From Octopus vulgaris (Eukaryota), in the NCBI GenBank assembly GCA_951406725.2, contig OX597824.1, forward strand, positions 66,402,001 through 66,466,000: 64,000 bases of DNA. Direction: 5' to 3'. Positions 26,175 through 39,784 of the stretch are shown here, piece after piece. The stretch's first letter is position 1; each line of letters opens with the position of its first letter. The notes below the pieces were generated by a model, which saw only the letters and a list, made by a program, of their open reading frames with translations, made no database searches and was not told where the DNA came from. The position numbers were made by a program, and so were the translations under genes.

Positions 26175-27353
26175 CAGGGTGAGTGAGGTGTTTGAGGAGA
26201 TATTTGGCAATTTATTAAAATTACTTTAATTTAGCAAAACCAAATGTATTTTAATAAAAATTTGTGCCTATGTTCTCAGTAAACATTTTTACAAGATTAT
26301 TCCATGAACCTGACTTCAACCTTGATGTCTGCTTCAGTGCCCAACTCAAATCGTTGATATGCCTACATTAAGTGGTCCTTATTCAACTGAATAATGGTAG
26401 CCTTCAGTGAAACTTATAATATTGTGTAGATGTCAATTAGTCTTTCTTTCAACACTGCTCTAAAAGTAGTAGTTCATAGGATTAAGTCCAGTAAGTATAG
26501 AGTCCACAAATTTGGTGTTACACGATCATAAATATTGTCTGACATCCATTCTTGTTTTACTATGGACTTTGTCTGAAGGTATTAAGTCTTGTTGAAATAC
26601 ATATGGCCTTCCACTGCATATTTCATCCACCCATGGCTTACCAATTGTTTCCAGAACCTTGGCATTAATTCTAAGACCTTGTGGAATAATATGAGGTAGC
26701 ATCATTTTCATTACTCATCACTCCTAAACCCATCACAGTCACTAAAAATTTAGTGCACATCATTCTGTGGACATCAGTAGTATCTGCACTGAGCATCTAT
26801 CACTCATTAGACTTTTGGTCTGGTTGAAGAATCAAAGCATGCCGTGTTCACAAGAGATTTTAACCTTGTTAAGTGATGGCTTGGCACAGATGAAACAGTG
26901 TCTCTGTATCTTTGCAGACATGAATTGGCCTCCCTTCAGTACACAGTATTGAATATCCTCATGCACCACAGTTTTGGTAGTCCACTATGGCATTTGAAGT
27001 TCTTTGACAATGGCCTTTGTTTATTTTCCAGATTCATAGTTGATGATGTTTTGAACCTGTTGAATGAAATTGTTGTGTCCTTATAGTGTTTAAACATTTA
27101 GGTATTTAGAATGTACAGTTGAAATATTCCAACCAGAGATTTCCAATTCCATCCAAACACTGTGTACAAAACATCTTGCAGAATTTAGGAAGTTAGCAAT
27201 TTCTAAATCATTGTGTTCTGCACATACGGCAACAATGACTGCATGTCTTTTCCTTTCTTGCATTATATCTGTCATTGGAGAACCAGAAAGAAATAAAGAC
27301 CTTTTAATTTGTGTACTGATAATTAAATGTCCTCAAATATCCCTTGCATCCTC
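26175..27353 (-). mobile_element. Decayed Tc1/mariner element of the maT (DD37D)-like group
   Basis: N-terminus KRHAVIVAVCAEHNDLEIANFL; catalytic region LPHIIPQGLRINA..KPWVDEICSGRPYVFQQD; degenerate TIRs in TA-rich flanks. Confidence 0.8.
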
Positions 27354-27435
27354 TATGTGTGTATGGATATATATTATCAGCATCATCATTGTTTAATGTC
27401 AACCTTCCATGTATATATATATATATGTGTGTGTG

Positions 27436-27476
<41 letters not shown>

Positions 27477-27477
<1 letters not shown>

Positions 27478-27858
27478 GAGGCGCAATGGCCCAGTGGTTA
27501 GGGCAGCGGACTCGCGGTCATAGGATCGCGGTTTCGATTCCCAGACCGGGCGTTGTGAGTGTTTATTGAGCGAAAACACCTAAAGCTCCACGAGGCTCCG
27601 GCAGGGGATGGTGGTGATCCCTGCTGTACTCTTTCACCACAACTTTCTCTCACTCTTACTTCCTGTTTCTGTTGTACCTGTATTTCAAAGGGCCGGCCTT
27701 GTCACTCACTGTGTCACGCTGAATATCCCCAAGAACTACGTTAAGGGTACACGTGTCTGTGGAGTGCTCAGCCACTTACACGTTAATTTCACGAGCAGGC
27801 TGTTCCGTTGATTTGGATCAACCGGAACCCTCGTCGTCGGAACCGACGGAGTGCTTCC
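27477..27858 (+). mobile_element. Young full-length tRNA-derived SINE inserted in (TA)n
   Basis: Box A TGGCCCAGTGG and box B GTTTCGATTCC; CpG-rich. Older relatives at 49055-49270 and 12750-12990. Confidence 0.85.
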
Positions 27859-28000
27859 ATATATATATATATATATATATATTCATATAAAATACAGTGT
27901 ACATTTTATATGAATAATATATATAGTCTATTGACTAATTTTTCTATACGCTAGACCACTGATAGTAAAAATTTCTAAAATCTTTATTACCCTGATATTA

Positions 28001-28039
<39 letters not shown>

Positions 28040-28082
28040 GCTAGATAGATAGATATAAATGTGTGTGTGTTTGCGTTCACCA

Positions 28083-28430
28083 TCTGTATAAATAAATGGC
28101 AATTTCTGTCTGTTTGTGGCTCTGTGTGTGTTTGTGAATTTGTTATTTAACTCCTCCAAGACTATCCAAGCGATCTTGATGAAACTTGACACGTGTGGTG
28201 GGCATATGCCCATGTAGTTACTTACACACTTGGAATTTCAAAAACATTGATGATTTTTAATCAGCATCGATTTTTCAAAAATCAGTAGGACATTTCAATG
28301 CAAATTCTCATATGAATGTTATTTTCTGCCATAACTTTTAAAGTTTCAACCGATTTTCTTGAAATTTTATACACAGATGGAATATGCATTAAAGATGGGT
28401 TGAGACAAATAAATTTTTATCTAGGCTACT
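28083..28430 (+). mobile_element. Probable non-autonomous Helitron 5' part
   Basis: A|TCTGTATAAATAAATGGCAATTTCTGTCTGTTTGT start plus GATCTTGATGAAACTTGACAC; no clear 3' hairpin. Confidence 0.45.
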
Positions 28431-29128
28431 CAAACAAAGCATAAGATGATTTTTGATTACCTGATTAATGAAATTTGGCCACAATTGTTGTGGGGTTAAA
28501 ATGTTCATCAATTATCTCAGGTTGCTGTAACGTATTTTATTAACACCTGCACTTAAAATTATCAGTTCTTAAAACTGCAACATTGTATGCTAAAACATGT
28601 AACATGTATTTTCTTAACACATGCACTTAAAATTGTTGGTTCTAATCGTTGCAATCGATATTTGGTTCTCACGATCAGTGGAACTATACCCATGAAACAC
28701 AAACGTCAAATTAAGTGCATGTGCACTTAAAATGTTCTTTTGGGTTGCAAGAGAATTTACCCCAAAATGACAAAAATCATCATATTTGTATGCTTTTTCT
28801 TCCTCCTCATAGCATCTTATGACTCTTATAACTGCCATGTTGTCACCTTTGCACTTCAGCCATTTTTGTAAGTATAAAATCTCTTTCCTCTAAATAATTT
28901 TTTGTTTACTTTTCAAACTTTTATGTTACTTAGTGAGCTCACTGGTGCTAGGGCCACATAAAAAGCACCTGGTACACTCTGCAAAATGGCCATAGAAGTC
29001 ATGACAAAATAGACTGTAGAACTTGTATATATACAAAGCAGATAGTCAAACTTTATGCATATAAATATATATATATATAAAATGTATAGATTCAATACAT
29101 ATATACATATGTACACACATACACGCAT

Positions 29129-29204
<76 letters not shown>

Positions 29205-29627
29205 GCACACACATGGTTGAAATGCTTCCTGCTTATGTGACTGCCAAATCAGGGTTAGCCTGAAGTTAAGTAACAACAACAGCTGTTCTCATAACATGCT
29301 CATCAATCAGAAATTTATTTGGTTACTAACTTGTTTATGTTACTTGATGACTTCACCACAATTCTGCTAGCTTTTTTTTTTTTTGTTTATTTTGTTGTTG
29401 TGCTTCTATATCATTCATATATCATTGTTGTTGGTGGTGGTGCTGGTGTTGTCAATGGTGACATTGTTGTTGCTAAGCCTCAGTAACGTTAATTCAGCCT
29501 TGACCATAGTGTGGTCATATCAACCTATACCTTGTAGGTAATGTTTGGTTGATAGAAACTATATTAAGGCGGCCAGCTGACAGGGATGTTAGAGAGAGAG
29601 AGAGAGAGAGAGGGGGGGAGAGAGAGA

Positions 29628-29679
<52 letters not shown>

Positions 29680-30425
29680 TAGTTGATTCAAAGAAATGCT
29701 TAACAGTATTTCATCGGCCGCTACATTCCAAGTTCAAATTCTGCTAAGGTCAGCTTTGCCTTTCATCCTTTCGGGGTCGATTAAATAAGTACCAGTTGCG
29801 CACTGGACTCGATATAATCGACTTAATCCGTTTGTCTGTCCTTGTTTGTCCCCTCTGTGTGTAACCCCTTATGGGCAGTAAAGAAATAAGAAACTATATA
29901 GAGGCTCATTGGTGTTGGAGTCAGTCTTGCTCTTGAGTGGTAGACTTTATCAGTCATCTTGTATAATACTGCTATCTGACTCCTAGGAGTCTTTAGCAAA
30001 GTCCACTCTGTTTCAAGCATTTGGACCAGGATCCTGTCTGAAGATAACTTCTTCCCATTAATCTGAAAGGCCCTTAAAATGGTCATGGACTTACTCCTTA
30101 CTCCTCTGGCTAAGCCATTAAAAAATATCTAGGCACTATAGTATCCAATGTTCCCTTTTTAAAAAGACTAAGATTTAATTTTGGGAAGATTTGGCTGCTA
30201 TTTCTACTAGACTGAGCACCTAAAAACAGGCTTCTGCACTGATACAAGCAGTGTAAAAAAAATATCTTTCATTATTTTTCTATCGATTACACCAGCTATT
30301 CTCTTCATTAATTCATGTCTCTGACCAGACACTCACAGACTGCTTAATCTCTATTCTCACTCACCGTTAAAATATTGTACAACATATTCAATTCCATGCA
30401 GATTTTCTTTCTTTGAATCAACTAA

Positions 30426-30649
<224 letters not shown>

Positions 30650-31665
30650 TTCCACATGTGTGTTTTGTGAAGATTGTTTCAGACTAAAGCCACATATGTT
30701 TTAAAGTGAAAAGTAATTAAATTATTAGTGGAATCTACCAATGTAGATAATTACATTTCAACAAGCTAGCAGTCATTCAATTTACCTGGATTGACAATGA
30801 AATCGACTTCAAATAACACCTAATATCTTAAAACAGGAAGGTGCATTGGTAATGTAGCCTAAGGTATATCTTGTCTACAAAGAAGATGGAATGTCTTTGA
30901 TCATAGGTCTTCTCAAACTTGGCTGTCTGGGGGCTAAACAATGATAAGAAACATATATATTCAGCTCTGAGCTCTCGAAGGAAAACTAAATCTCAAATAT
31001 TTATTTGATGAAGATTCATTCTATGCCTCACTCCCATTTTCAAGCCTACGTAAAAAGCACCAACTGATCGTGGCCACTGCCAGCCTCCCCTGGCACCTGT
31101 GCTGGTGGCATGTAAAAAGCACCCACTACACTCACGGAGTGGTTGGCGTTAGGAAGGGCATTCAGCTGTAGAAACACTGCCAGATCAGACTGGAGCCTGG
31201 TGCAGCCTCTTGGTTTTCCAGACCACGGCTGAACCGTCCAACTCGTGCTAGCACGGAAAACGGATGTTAAACGATGATGATAATGTTATTTCAGTACTGC
31301 CATTTATATTTATTTTATAAGTTGGTCTGATAAAAAGGAGTCGAACCCAAAACATTCACAAACCTTTTCAGATTAGCAATGTAAATACAGTTAATATTCA
31401 GCTTGAACTTCCGTAGGGCAATGAATGGTGGGAAAACATGATGAGAAAGAAACTGTGGGGGGCTACAGTTCTGAGAATGGGAAACAGTAAGAAGGTCGAG
31501 AAAAAAGAAGCCAAGTAAACTGAAGGCTCTTTAGTGAGGAGTGTAGTGGTCAGATTTTAAATGTTAAAACTAGGAACCAATGAAATATTTGGAAGAGACA
31601 AAATGAGGATGTAGGACAACAATGAGCTAATAATTATAACATGTTGATAAGAGAACCTTTCTCAC

Positions 31666-31698
31666 CCATCAGTTGCATAAACTGATTCATACAAAAAT
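31666..31698 (-). CDS. Candidate 33-nt phase 1-1 exon (N)FCMNQFMQLM
   Basis: Acceptor ATATATTGCAG, donor G|GTGAGA, in phase with the 183-nt exon. Confidence 0.3.
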
Positions 31699-32415
31699 CT
31701 GCAATATATGTATATGCAAAAACAATAGTTCAAAACATCTTGCTTACTGACCACATGGTTCCGGGTTCAGTCCCGCTGCATAGCACCTTGGGCAAATGTC
31801 TTCTACTATAACCTCTGGATAACCAAAGCCTTGTGAGTATATTTGGTAGACGGAAACTGAAAGAAGCTCGTATGTATATATATATATATATACATTTGTG
31901 TGTCTGTGTCTGTCCCCCCACCGTCACTTGACAACTGATGTAGGTGTGTTTATGACCCTGTAACTTAGTGGTTCGGCAAAAGAGACTGATAAAATAAATA
32001 CTAGGCTTACAAAGAATAAGTCCTGGGGTCGATTTGTTTGACTAAAGCTGCAGTCAAATGATTGAAACAAATAAAAGAATAAAAGAAAAAAATATCATCA
32101 ACAAGTAAAATTCCAAATGGATTATCGTCATGACCTACCCTCTCTAATACACCCCTATTTAGCAGAGGTGGCTAGTCTTAGTTAGTCAGTGACCTCACTA
32201 GAGCCATAAAAAGGAACTCAGTGAACCCTGTGAAGTGACAGACATTAGAAAGAACATCCAGCTTTAGAAACCATGCCAAAACTGTCACCAGAGCTCAACA
32301 CAGTCCTCTGGCTCAATGGATGCTGTCAAACTATCCAACCCATGCCAGCATGAAAGATGGACATTAAATGATGATGATGATAGTAGCAGCAGCAGCAGTA
32401 GCAACAGCAGCAGCT

Positions 32416-32455
<40 letters not shown>

Positions 32456-32456
32456 C

Positions 32457-32502
<46 letters not shown>

Positions 32503-32537
32503 AAATATACTTTGTGAATTGCACAAAATTCACTCAC

Positions 32538-32720
32538 TTGTCCTTCTGAAATGCATTGGTGTATTCTCATATCTTGCGATAAAGATCTCTTCAACATCTA
32601 GCATGTTGATGCCCATCCTGAAAATCTGCAGATCAATGGCTGTCGCAAATAATGAGCTGTAGAGAATTAAGGGGGCAGGATCTATTTCAGATACTTGCAA
32701 TCGAATGAACTCAACTAAAG
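32538..32720 (-). CDS. Candidate 183-nt phase 1-1 coding exon of an unidentified gene: (A)LVEFIRLQVSEIDPAPLILYSSLFATAIDLQIFRMGINMLDVEEIFIARYENTPMHFRRT
   Basis: Acceptor TTTCTTACTTTAACATCCAG, donor GTGAGT, only one fully open frame, length divisible by 3, unique sequence that keeps 3 CpGs in a CpG-depleted region. Confidence 0.5.
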
Positions 32721-32945
32721 CTGGATGTTAAAGTAAGAAACAGGCTGACTGTATAAACAAGATAGTTTGTTAACTTCAGTTTATGGTATTATCAGTTTTC
32801 TTTATGTCTGAATGACTTTTGTATCCATTGAGTCTTTAATGCCTTCTGTTTTGTATCTAAAATTTTTATAACTTTTCATACATATGAAAGATCCTCATAC
32901 AAATACAGTGTGTGTGTGTGTGTACATGGCTGTGTATGTGTGTGT

Positions 32946-32985
<40 letters not shown>

Positions 32986-33431
32986 TTTATATATCATCAT
33001 CATCATCATCATCGTTTAACGTCCGCTTTCCGCGCTAGCACGGGTTGGACGGTTTGACCGGGTCTGGGAAGCCAGGGGCCGCTCCAGGCTCCAGTCTGAA
33101 TCTGGCAGAGTTTCTACGGCTGGATGCCCTTCCTAACGCCAACCACTCCGTGAGTGGATTGGGTGCTTTTTACGTGCCACCTGCACAGGGGCCGGAGGGT
33201 CCGGCATCGTCACGATCGGATTCGAGCATTTTAACGTGTCAGCGGCACGGGGGCAACGAGGTCCGGGGTACTTTGGGGATTGGGGTATTTTGGGGATCCA
33301 GGGTACTTTGGGGATCCGGGGTACTTTGGGGATCCGGGGTACTTTGGGGATCCGGGGTACTTAGAATGGGTAGGGGGGTACTTAGAATGGGTAGGGGGTA
33401 TGTGGAATTGCTGCAGAAAGCAGATATATAT

Positions 33432-33482
<51 letters not shown>

Positions 33483-33860
33483 TTTATATATATATATATA
33501 TATATATACATATTTTATATATATATACACATATACAAATATACAGACAGACAGAAAGGCCGGCAGGGAGATAAATAGATAGATTGACAGAGAGATACAT
33601 ACACACATACATGTAATACATGTATGCATGTATACATATATGTACGTATGCATATTTGCATCTGTATTCAGTCATACAAAGGTGTGCTGAAAAGTTCTTG
33701 GTGAATGGCTTTTGCATCCGTTGAGTCTTTCACACCTGTTTTATATTTAAAATTTTTATAACTTTTCATAATAAGAAAGATCTCCTACCAATACAGTGTA
33801 TGTGTGTGTGTGAGTGTGTGTGTGTAAGTGTGTACACGGTTGTGTATGTATGTGTGTGCC

Positions 33861-33899
<39 letters not shown>

Positions 33900-34022
33900 A
33901 TACAAACATACAGACAGACAGTCAGACAGATAGAAAGGCAGGCTGGGAGATAAATAGATAGATTGATAGAGAGATACATAGATACATACATGTATGTATA
34001 TTTGCATCTATATTCAGTCATA

Positions 34023-34240
34023 CAAGGGTGTGCTGAAAAGTTCTTGGCATTAAGAGTATCACTAAAGGCCTGGTCAGAGGCCCAACCTTCTGAGTTCTTT
34101 TACAGGGCTTAGAGAAACTGAAGGACTACTGTAATAAGTATGTGAATTTGAGAGGGGAATATGTTGAATAAAGTCATAATTAACTGATCCTCCTGTATTT
34201 TCTCTTACCCAAAGCTCAAATTTTTCAGCCACCCACCTTG
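34023..34240 (+). mobile_element. Mariner-derived MITE
   Basis: TA-flanked TIRs CAAGGGTGTGCTGAAAAGTTC / TTTTCAGCCACCCACCTTG; keeps the transposase C-terminus (…LRGEYVE*). Confidence 0.85.
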
Positions 34241-34417
34241 TATATATATATATATACAACAAAGAAAAGAGTACTTAATGCAAAAGATAGAGTGAAATCT
34301 ATCTATCTGTCTATCATCTACCGATGTATGTATGTATGTATCTAAAACCCACATCAGCATGGAAAACAGACATTAAATGATAATGATGATGATGATGATA
34401 AGGATTCAAATATATAC

Positions 34418-34513
34418 CTCTTGGTATATATTTAATTACAAATGTATGATACTCAATGAAATGAACAGTATTTTCTTGAATTTGCTGCTTTAAGAAAACA
34501 TTGACACTCAGTC
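34418..34513 (-). CDS. Candidate 96-nt phase 1-1 exon (G)LSVNVFLKQQIQENTVHFIEYHTFVIKYIPR
   Basis: Acceptor CCAAATTTTAG, donor AG|GTATAT, open and in phase with 32538-32720. Confidence 0.35.
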
Positions 34514-34672
34514 CTAAAATTTGGAGATCTTTATTCTAACATACATGTTCCTTTGAACAGGTAACATCAGAATTTACTCATATACATACATATAGACACA
34601 CAGACAAGCTGCAAGGTAGACATACATACACATACATACATATATACATCTGCACACACATATATACATACA

Positions 34673-35070
34673 CTAGCAGTATCGCCCGGCGTTGCTCGGG
34701 TTTGTAAGGGAAATAACTATATAAGCATTTTTAGAGAGTTATAGCCAAAAAATAGCAAAAAAATGCATTAAAAATGGAAAAAAAATTAAGGTAAATTTTT
34801 TTTTTTAATCGTTGACACATCGTAGATATTTTTAGAGAGTTACTTCCCTTATATAATAGCGAAAAAATGCATTAAAATGGAAAAATATGATGGTAAATTT
34901 TTTTAAAATCGTAGACTCATCATAGACGCACGCTAATACCCAGAAGGGCTCGATATGAATCACGACTATAAGATACCCGGTTTTGGTTACACTGCACCGC
35001 AAAATGTGGGAGTAGTTAGGAATCTAAATCGTAGGAGACAGACACACAACTTCACTTTTATATATAAAGA
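34673..35070 (-). mobile_element. Non-autonomous Helitron
   Basis: On the minus strand: 5' A|TCTTTATATATAAAAG; 3' hairpin CCCGAGCAACGCCGGG followed by CTAG|T; inserted between A and T with no TSD. Confidence 0.85.
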
Positions 35071-36883
35071 TATAAGCCACGTAGTTATATACACATACTT
35101 TGTTATATACACATTCTTAAAAGAAAATGTTATTTTGAACACAACATTTATAAAGAATAAAATATGTTTTGGTTTTTTTTTTAAACGGATGCATACATTT
35201 ATTAATAACTATATATAAGTGTCGTCTGTTTATACATAAACACTGTTTCATACTGCAAGCTTGGCTCGCCAATTAATACTACCAAAATTTAACGACAGAA
35301 AGTAAAATAAAAACCAATTTACCTTTTCTGTATTGTTATAGCAATTCGACCGTCCGTGTGTCTTTGCAAATGTGTTGGAATGAGAAGTGAGTTGTGCTTT
35401 GGCGCCTTTTTTACTAATAACAAACACACACGTGTTTGTATGTAGTTGTTTGAAACGTTTGTGTTTGTCACTGTCATATATGTATGTGTATGCGTGTGTG
35501 TGAGGAATGACACACACACACTCACGCACGCACACATGTACATCAATGCTTTCGGAGTGAAATGTTAAAATATTGAGTTTTCTCGAATTTTGTCTTAATT
35601 GGGGGTAAAATTGAAGAAATTTTGTATGGCATGACCCATTGGAAGTACTTTGAAAAATCATGGGTAAACTCTAATTGAAGAAATTGTGTGAGGAGTAAAT
35701 CGTTATGTATTTATTTGTTTCTGTTTGCTGTGTTTTTTTTTTTTAGTAGTGGTTTAAGGTACACTTCTCTCGTTTTATAGAAATAGTTTCACTTTAATCG
35801 TTGCAAACTTGCAAAGAGAAAGTCGTAGAAATTAGAGTGATAGCGTGAGTGAATCAGATCGCTCCCTTTTTGTGTGTGTGTGCGTGTGCTATAGCCCACA
35901 CTAAGAAAAGCACTTGACTTACACACCACAATGTGAGTTTTCTCTAAATTTTGCTTAATTGGGGTTGAAATTTTAAAAACTGGACCTGGCACGACCCGAT
36001 GCATTCTACTCTTAAAAATGGTAGGTAAATTGTAATTGAAGAAATCCTATATTGTAGATTTCTATAAGAGACAAAGGGAGGCAGATAAAATCTGCCTTTT
36101 ATAATAAGAGATACATACATACATCTGCACCCACATACACATATACAAACATGCATGTACATGATTTATATGTGCTTGGTGATTTTTTTTTGACTACCAG
36201 CACTTGTGAGGTTGCCATGCAGTTTGTACGATGAGGCAGAGGCAGCTTTACACTCACAGCCTATATATAGACGAATAAATGTATATCAAATACTATATAT
36301 AAGATGATCTCTCAAGGGTGAGTGGGTGAGAAGTGATAATAAGGCATTTCAGAGATCTGGACTGTGTCCAAGTAAATAATGGATTAAATAATAGATTAGC
36401 TGAATCAGACCCTGAGACTTAAATATAATATATATATTGCTCCAGCATTGTTGCAGTCAAATGACTGAAACAAGTAAAGTAATAAAAGAATATAATAGAT
36501 CAGGATTTGAGTGAATATGGCACTTAGATGGTAAGGCACCAAGTCAGGTCCAAAATACACAACAAAAGTAGAGGAATACATATATGGGTACCAAAATACA
36601 GGTAGAAAGATATTCAGGTTATGTATACAATTAATTGTACCTAACTGAGTATATCATGAGCCCTAAGGCTACACTAGGAAATGTACATTGCACTAAATTT
36701 ACAGTCCATAATATATTTTGGATCCATGCAAGGAGCAGGTTCTGAGAGAGGTGAATAATAAATAAACAAATAACAACAGATGGATAAAGTGTCAATCCAC
36801 TACAGTTGTATCCAATGAGTTTTTAATTAATGGAGAAATTACATCATTAGAATTATTGAATTATGGTTATCATATATTCTATT

Positions 36884-39290
36884 TGTTGGAGGAAATTAGT
36901 AATAATGGTACACCCCTCCCACGTGACGACTGGAATAACATAGTTACTATAAGAAAGAGAAGTACGTGAAGAGAAGTACATGGAGTACTGGAGTACGTAG
37001 TAGGTGGTCAGAGATAGTCGTTCTTTACTGATTTTACTAGGTATACTGCATACCAAAGTGGGCATTATAACAATCCAACATTTTAAAGGATTATAACAGT
37101 AGTGACGAGGATTTAAACAACTCATGAGGAATTAATAAATTCGATGAGGATAAACCAATTCACATGGAGTTAATAGAAACTCAAAGAGGAGTTAATGAAC
37201 TCATAAAGTTGGTGTACGAATTTTATGAAAAATCACAAAAGTATGGAAAATTTGTTGGAAGCTTTGCTCAAGTTGCAAAAACAGCAACAAATACTGCAAT
37301 TACGGAAGTTGTCAGGGAATTCAGAAAAAGTGTTCTTGTCAGACTATGTTGCAAACTCCATAACAGAGTTCAAATACGAACCTGATGAAAGAGTTACCTT
37401 CGAAGAATACTACAGAAGATATGAGCAAATCTTCGAGAAAGGACGTAAAGATTGGGACAACAAGATGAAAATGTGCTTAATCTTGAGAAAACTGGCAGCT
37501 ACAGATCATGACTGATACAGTAATTATGTACTTCCAAGAAAACCTTCGGATGTAAACTTTAATGACACAATAAATATATTGTGTAAAATTTTGCAGTGAA
37601 AAAAGCTCATTGTTCAACACACGTTGGAAGTATCTGAACATAGAGAAAAACAATGATGAGGACTACATCACATATACTGGTAGAGTAAACAGGAAATGTG
37701 AGAAGTTTAAGATGGATAAATTAAGGCTAGTTATGTTCAAATGCCTGATTTTTACACAGGGACTTACTGCCATAAAGGACACAGAAGTTAGAACTAGAAA
37801 TCTCACAAAGCTGGAACAAAACTAGATGTAACCCCACAGCAAGTGTCAGAAGAATGTGAAAGGATAGTCAAATTAAGATGTGACATTGAGGAAATTAAAT
37901 GTAAAGATTGTTTCCAAGTAAAGCAAATGCGAAATAGTTAGAATAGAGAAAAGTGTTTTCTAAAAAACACAACAAAAATCAGGAAATAGACCCATGTTTT
38001 GTATGTGGAGGTATACATCTGAGGAAAAATTATCCATTTAAGAAAGCGGAGTGCTTTCGTTGTGGAAATATAGGACATATAAAGATGCACTGTAGAACGA
38101 AGATGACAAAACATCAGAACAAAAAGAAAAAGAATAAATAGTATATCATTGGGAGAAATTGATAATATAATGATGAGGAAATTTGTGAAGGTGAAAATCA
38201 GAAATATAAATGTTAAAATGAAATTAGACACTGGAAGTGATATCACCATTATAAACAAAAAAACTTGGAATATGTCAATAAGCTGAAATTAATTAAATTG
38301 AAAAAAGTAGCACATGGTATTATGGGAAAAGGATTATATTTTTTTGGTGAATTCATACGTAATGTAACATTTCGAGGTCAAGTGAAAAATGCAAAGATAT
38401 ATGTGTTAAAAAGTTCACTTGATTTATTCAGCACAAAGTGGATGGAACTATTCAAAGTATGGAATATGCCCATAAGTGTTTTGTGTGGAAATATAGTCGG
38501 TTGAGTCAAAAGTTTGAATGTGACTGAAGGAGTGAAATAAAAAATTGCAGTAAAACAGAGTGGAACACCTGTATGTAAGTCAAAACAAAATGAAAAATTG
38601 CCCATGATAAAAAGTTCAAAAGTAGATGTTCCATGGTTGAGACTACACATCGATTTCACTGGTCCTTTAAACAGTTCATACTACTTAGTGGTTGTTGACA
38701 GTTTCTTGAAATGACCTGAAACTTGCAAGTGTAAAAAACCTACCTCCTCAACTGTGATAAATTTTTTACACAAATTGTTTGCAGGATTTGACATTTCAGA
38801 CAAGATAGTGTCTGACAATAGAACGCAACTTGTGTTTAGCAAATTTTGAACATTTTGTGAAACGTCTGCTGTAGAACACATAACTACAGCACCATATCAT
38901 CCCAGATCTAATGGGTAGGTAGAATGCTTTGTTGATACTTTCAAGAGAACCCTTAGAAAATCAAATAAGGAAGTCATGGATGAGGTAGCTCTACACCAAT
39001 TTTTAAGAGTGTACCATGTGACACCAAATCCAACTACACCAGCAGGTGGATCACTAATGGAGCTGATGTTGGCGAGGAAAGTAAAATCAGTCTTCGATAC
39101 ATTGATACCAGGCAAGACGAGGAAAAGTGCCTGGGAAAGCATGACAAGATTCTTTAAAATTAGTGAAAGGGTGTTTATGAGGGCATATAAGAATGGAAAA
39201 CAAAGTCGTGAAGATGTTGTAATTACCAAATGCCTAGGTAAAATTGGTAAAAAGTAGAAAAGACATACAAAAGAGACACAGGAACCAACT
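36884..39290 (+). mobile_element. Decayed Ty3/Gypsy (Mag-like) LTR retrotransposon; RT/RNaseH deleted, 3' LTR not found
   Basis: LTR TGTT...AACA at 36884-37098; PBS TAGTGACGAGGAT (37100-37112) resembles tRNA-Ser TGGCGACGAGGAT; gag (ITEFKYEPD..TFEEYYRRYE), two zinc knuckles, protease LDTGSD, integrase PWLRLHIDFTGP...VSDN...PYHPRSNG. Confidence 0.88.
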
Positions 39291-39594
39291 CCTTCACTGT
39301 TATAAATCTATGTTACTTCACTAATCACACCTAACCTCATGGTACTTTTCTCCTATGATACAACCAAACTGAACAAATTCATTCTTATGACCTGCACTGG
39401 TCATTGAATTATGAAGTGGCACAAACTGTTGGCTTTTGAATGTTTTTCAATGTGATTCATGTATTCACCTGATGAAAAGAGTTTTTTTCTAATGATGTAA
39501 TTTCTCCATTAATCAATTAAAAACTCATTGGAAACAGCCATAGTGGACTGACTCATTATCCATCTGATGTTATTTGTTTTTATATATATATATA

Positions 39595-39651
<57 letters not shown>

Positions 39652-39784
39652 TTATGCATATATGTGGTTGTGGGGGCATGTATTTGTATATTATATGTAC
39701 ATAATTATATGTGCTTCCCCCATAAATACATTGTTATATGCAAAGGAACCAGCCCATGAGCTACATTTTATATATATATATAGA

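Noticed and set aside
27477-27552. tRNA-like sequence
   Set aside because: It is a SINE head that continues into a 380-bp SINE body, without a complete cloverleaf or terminator.
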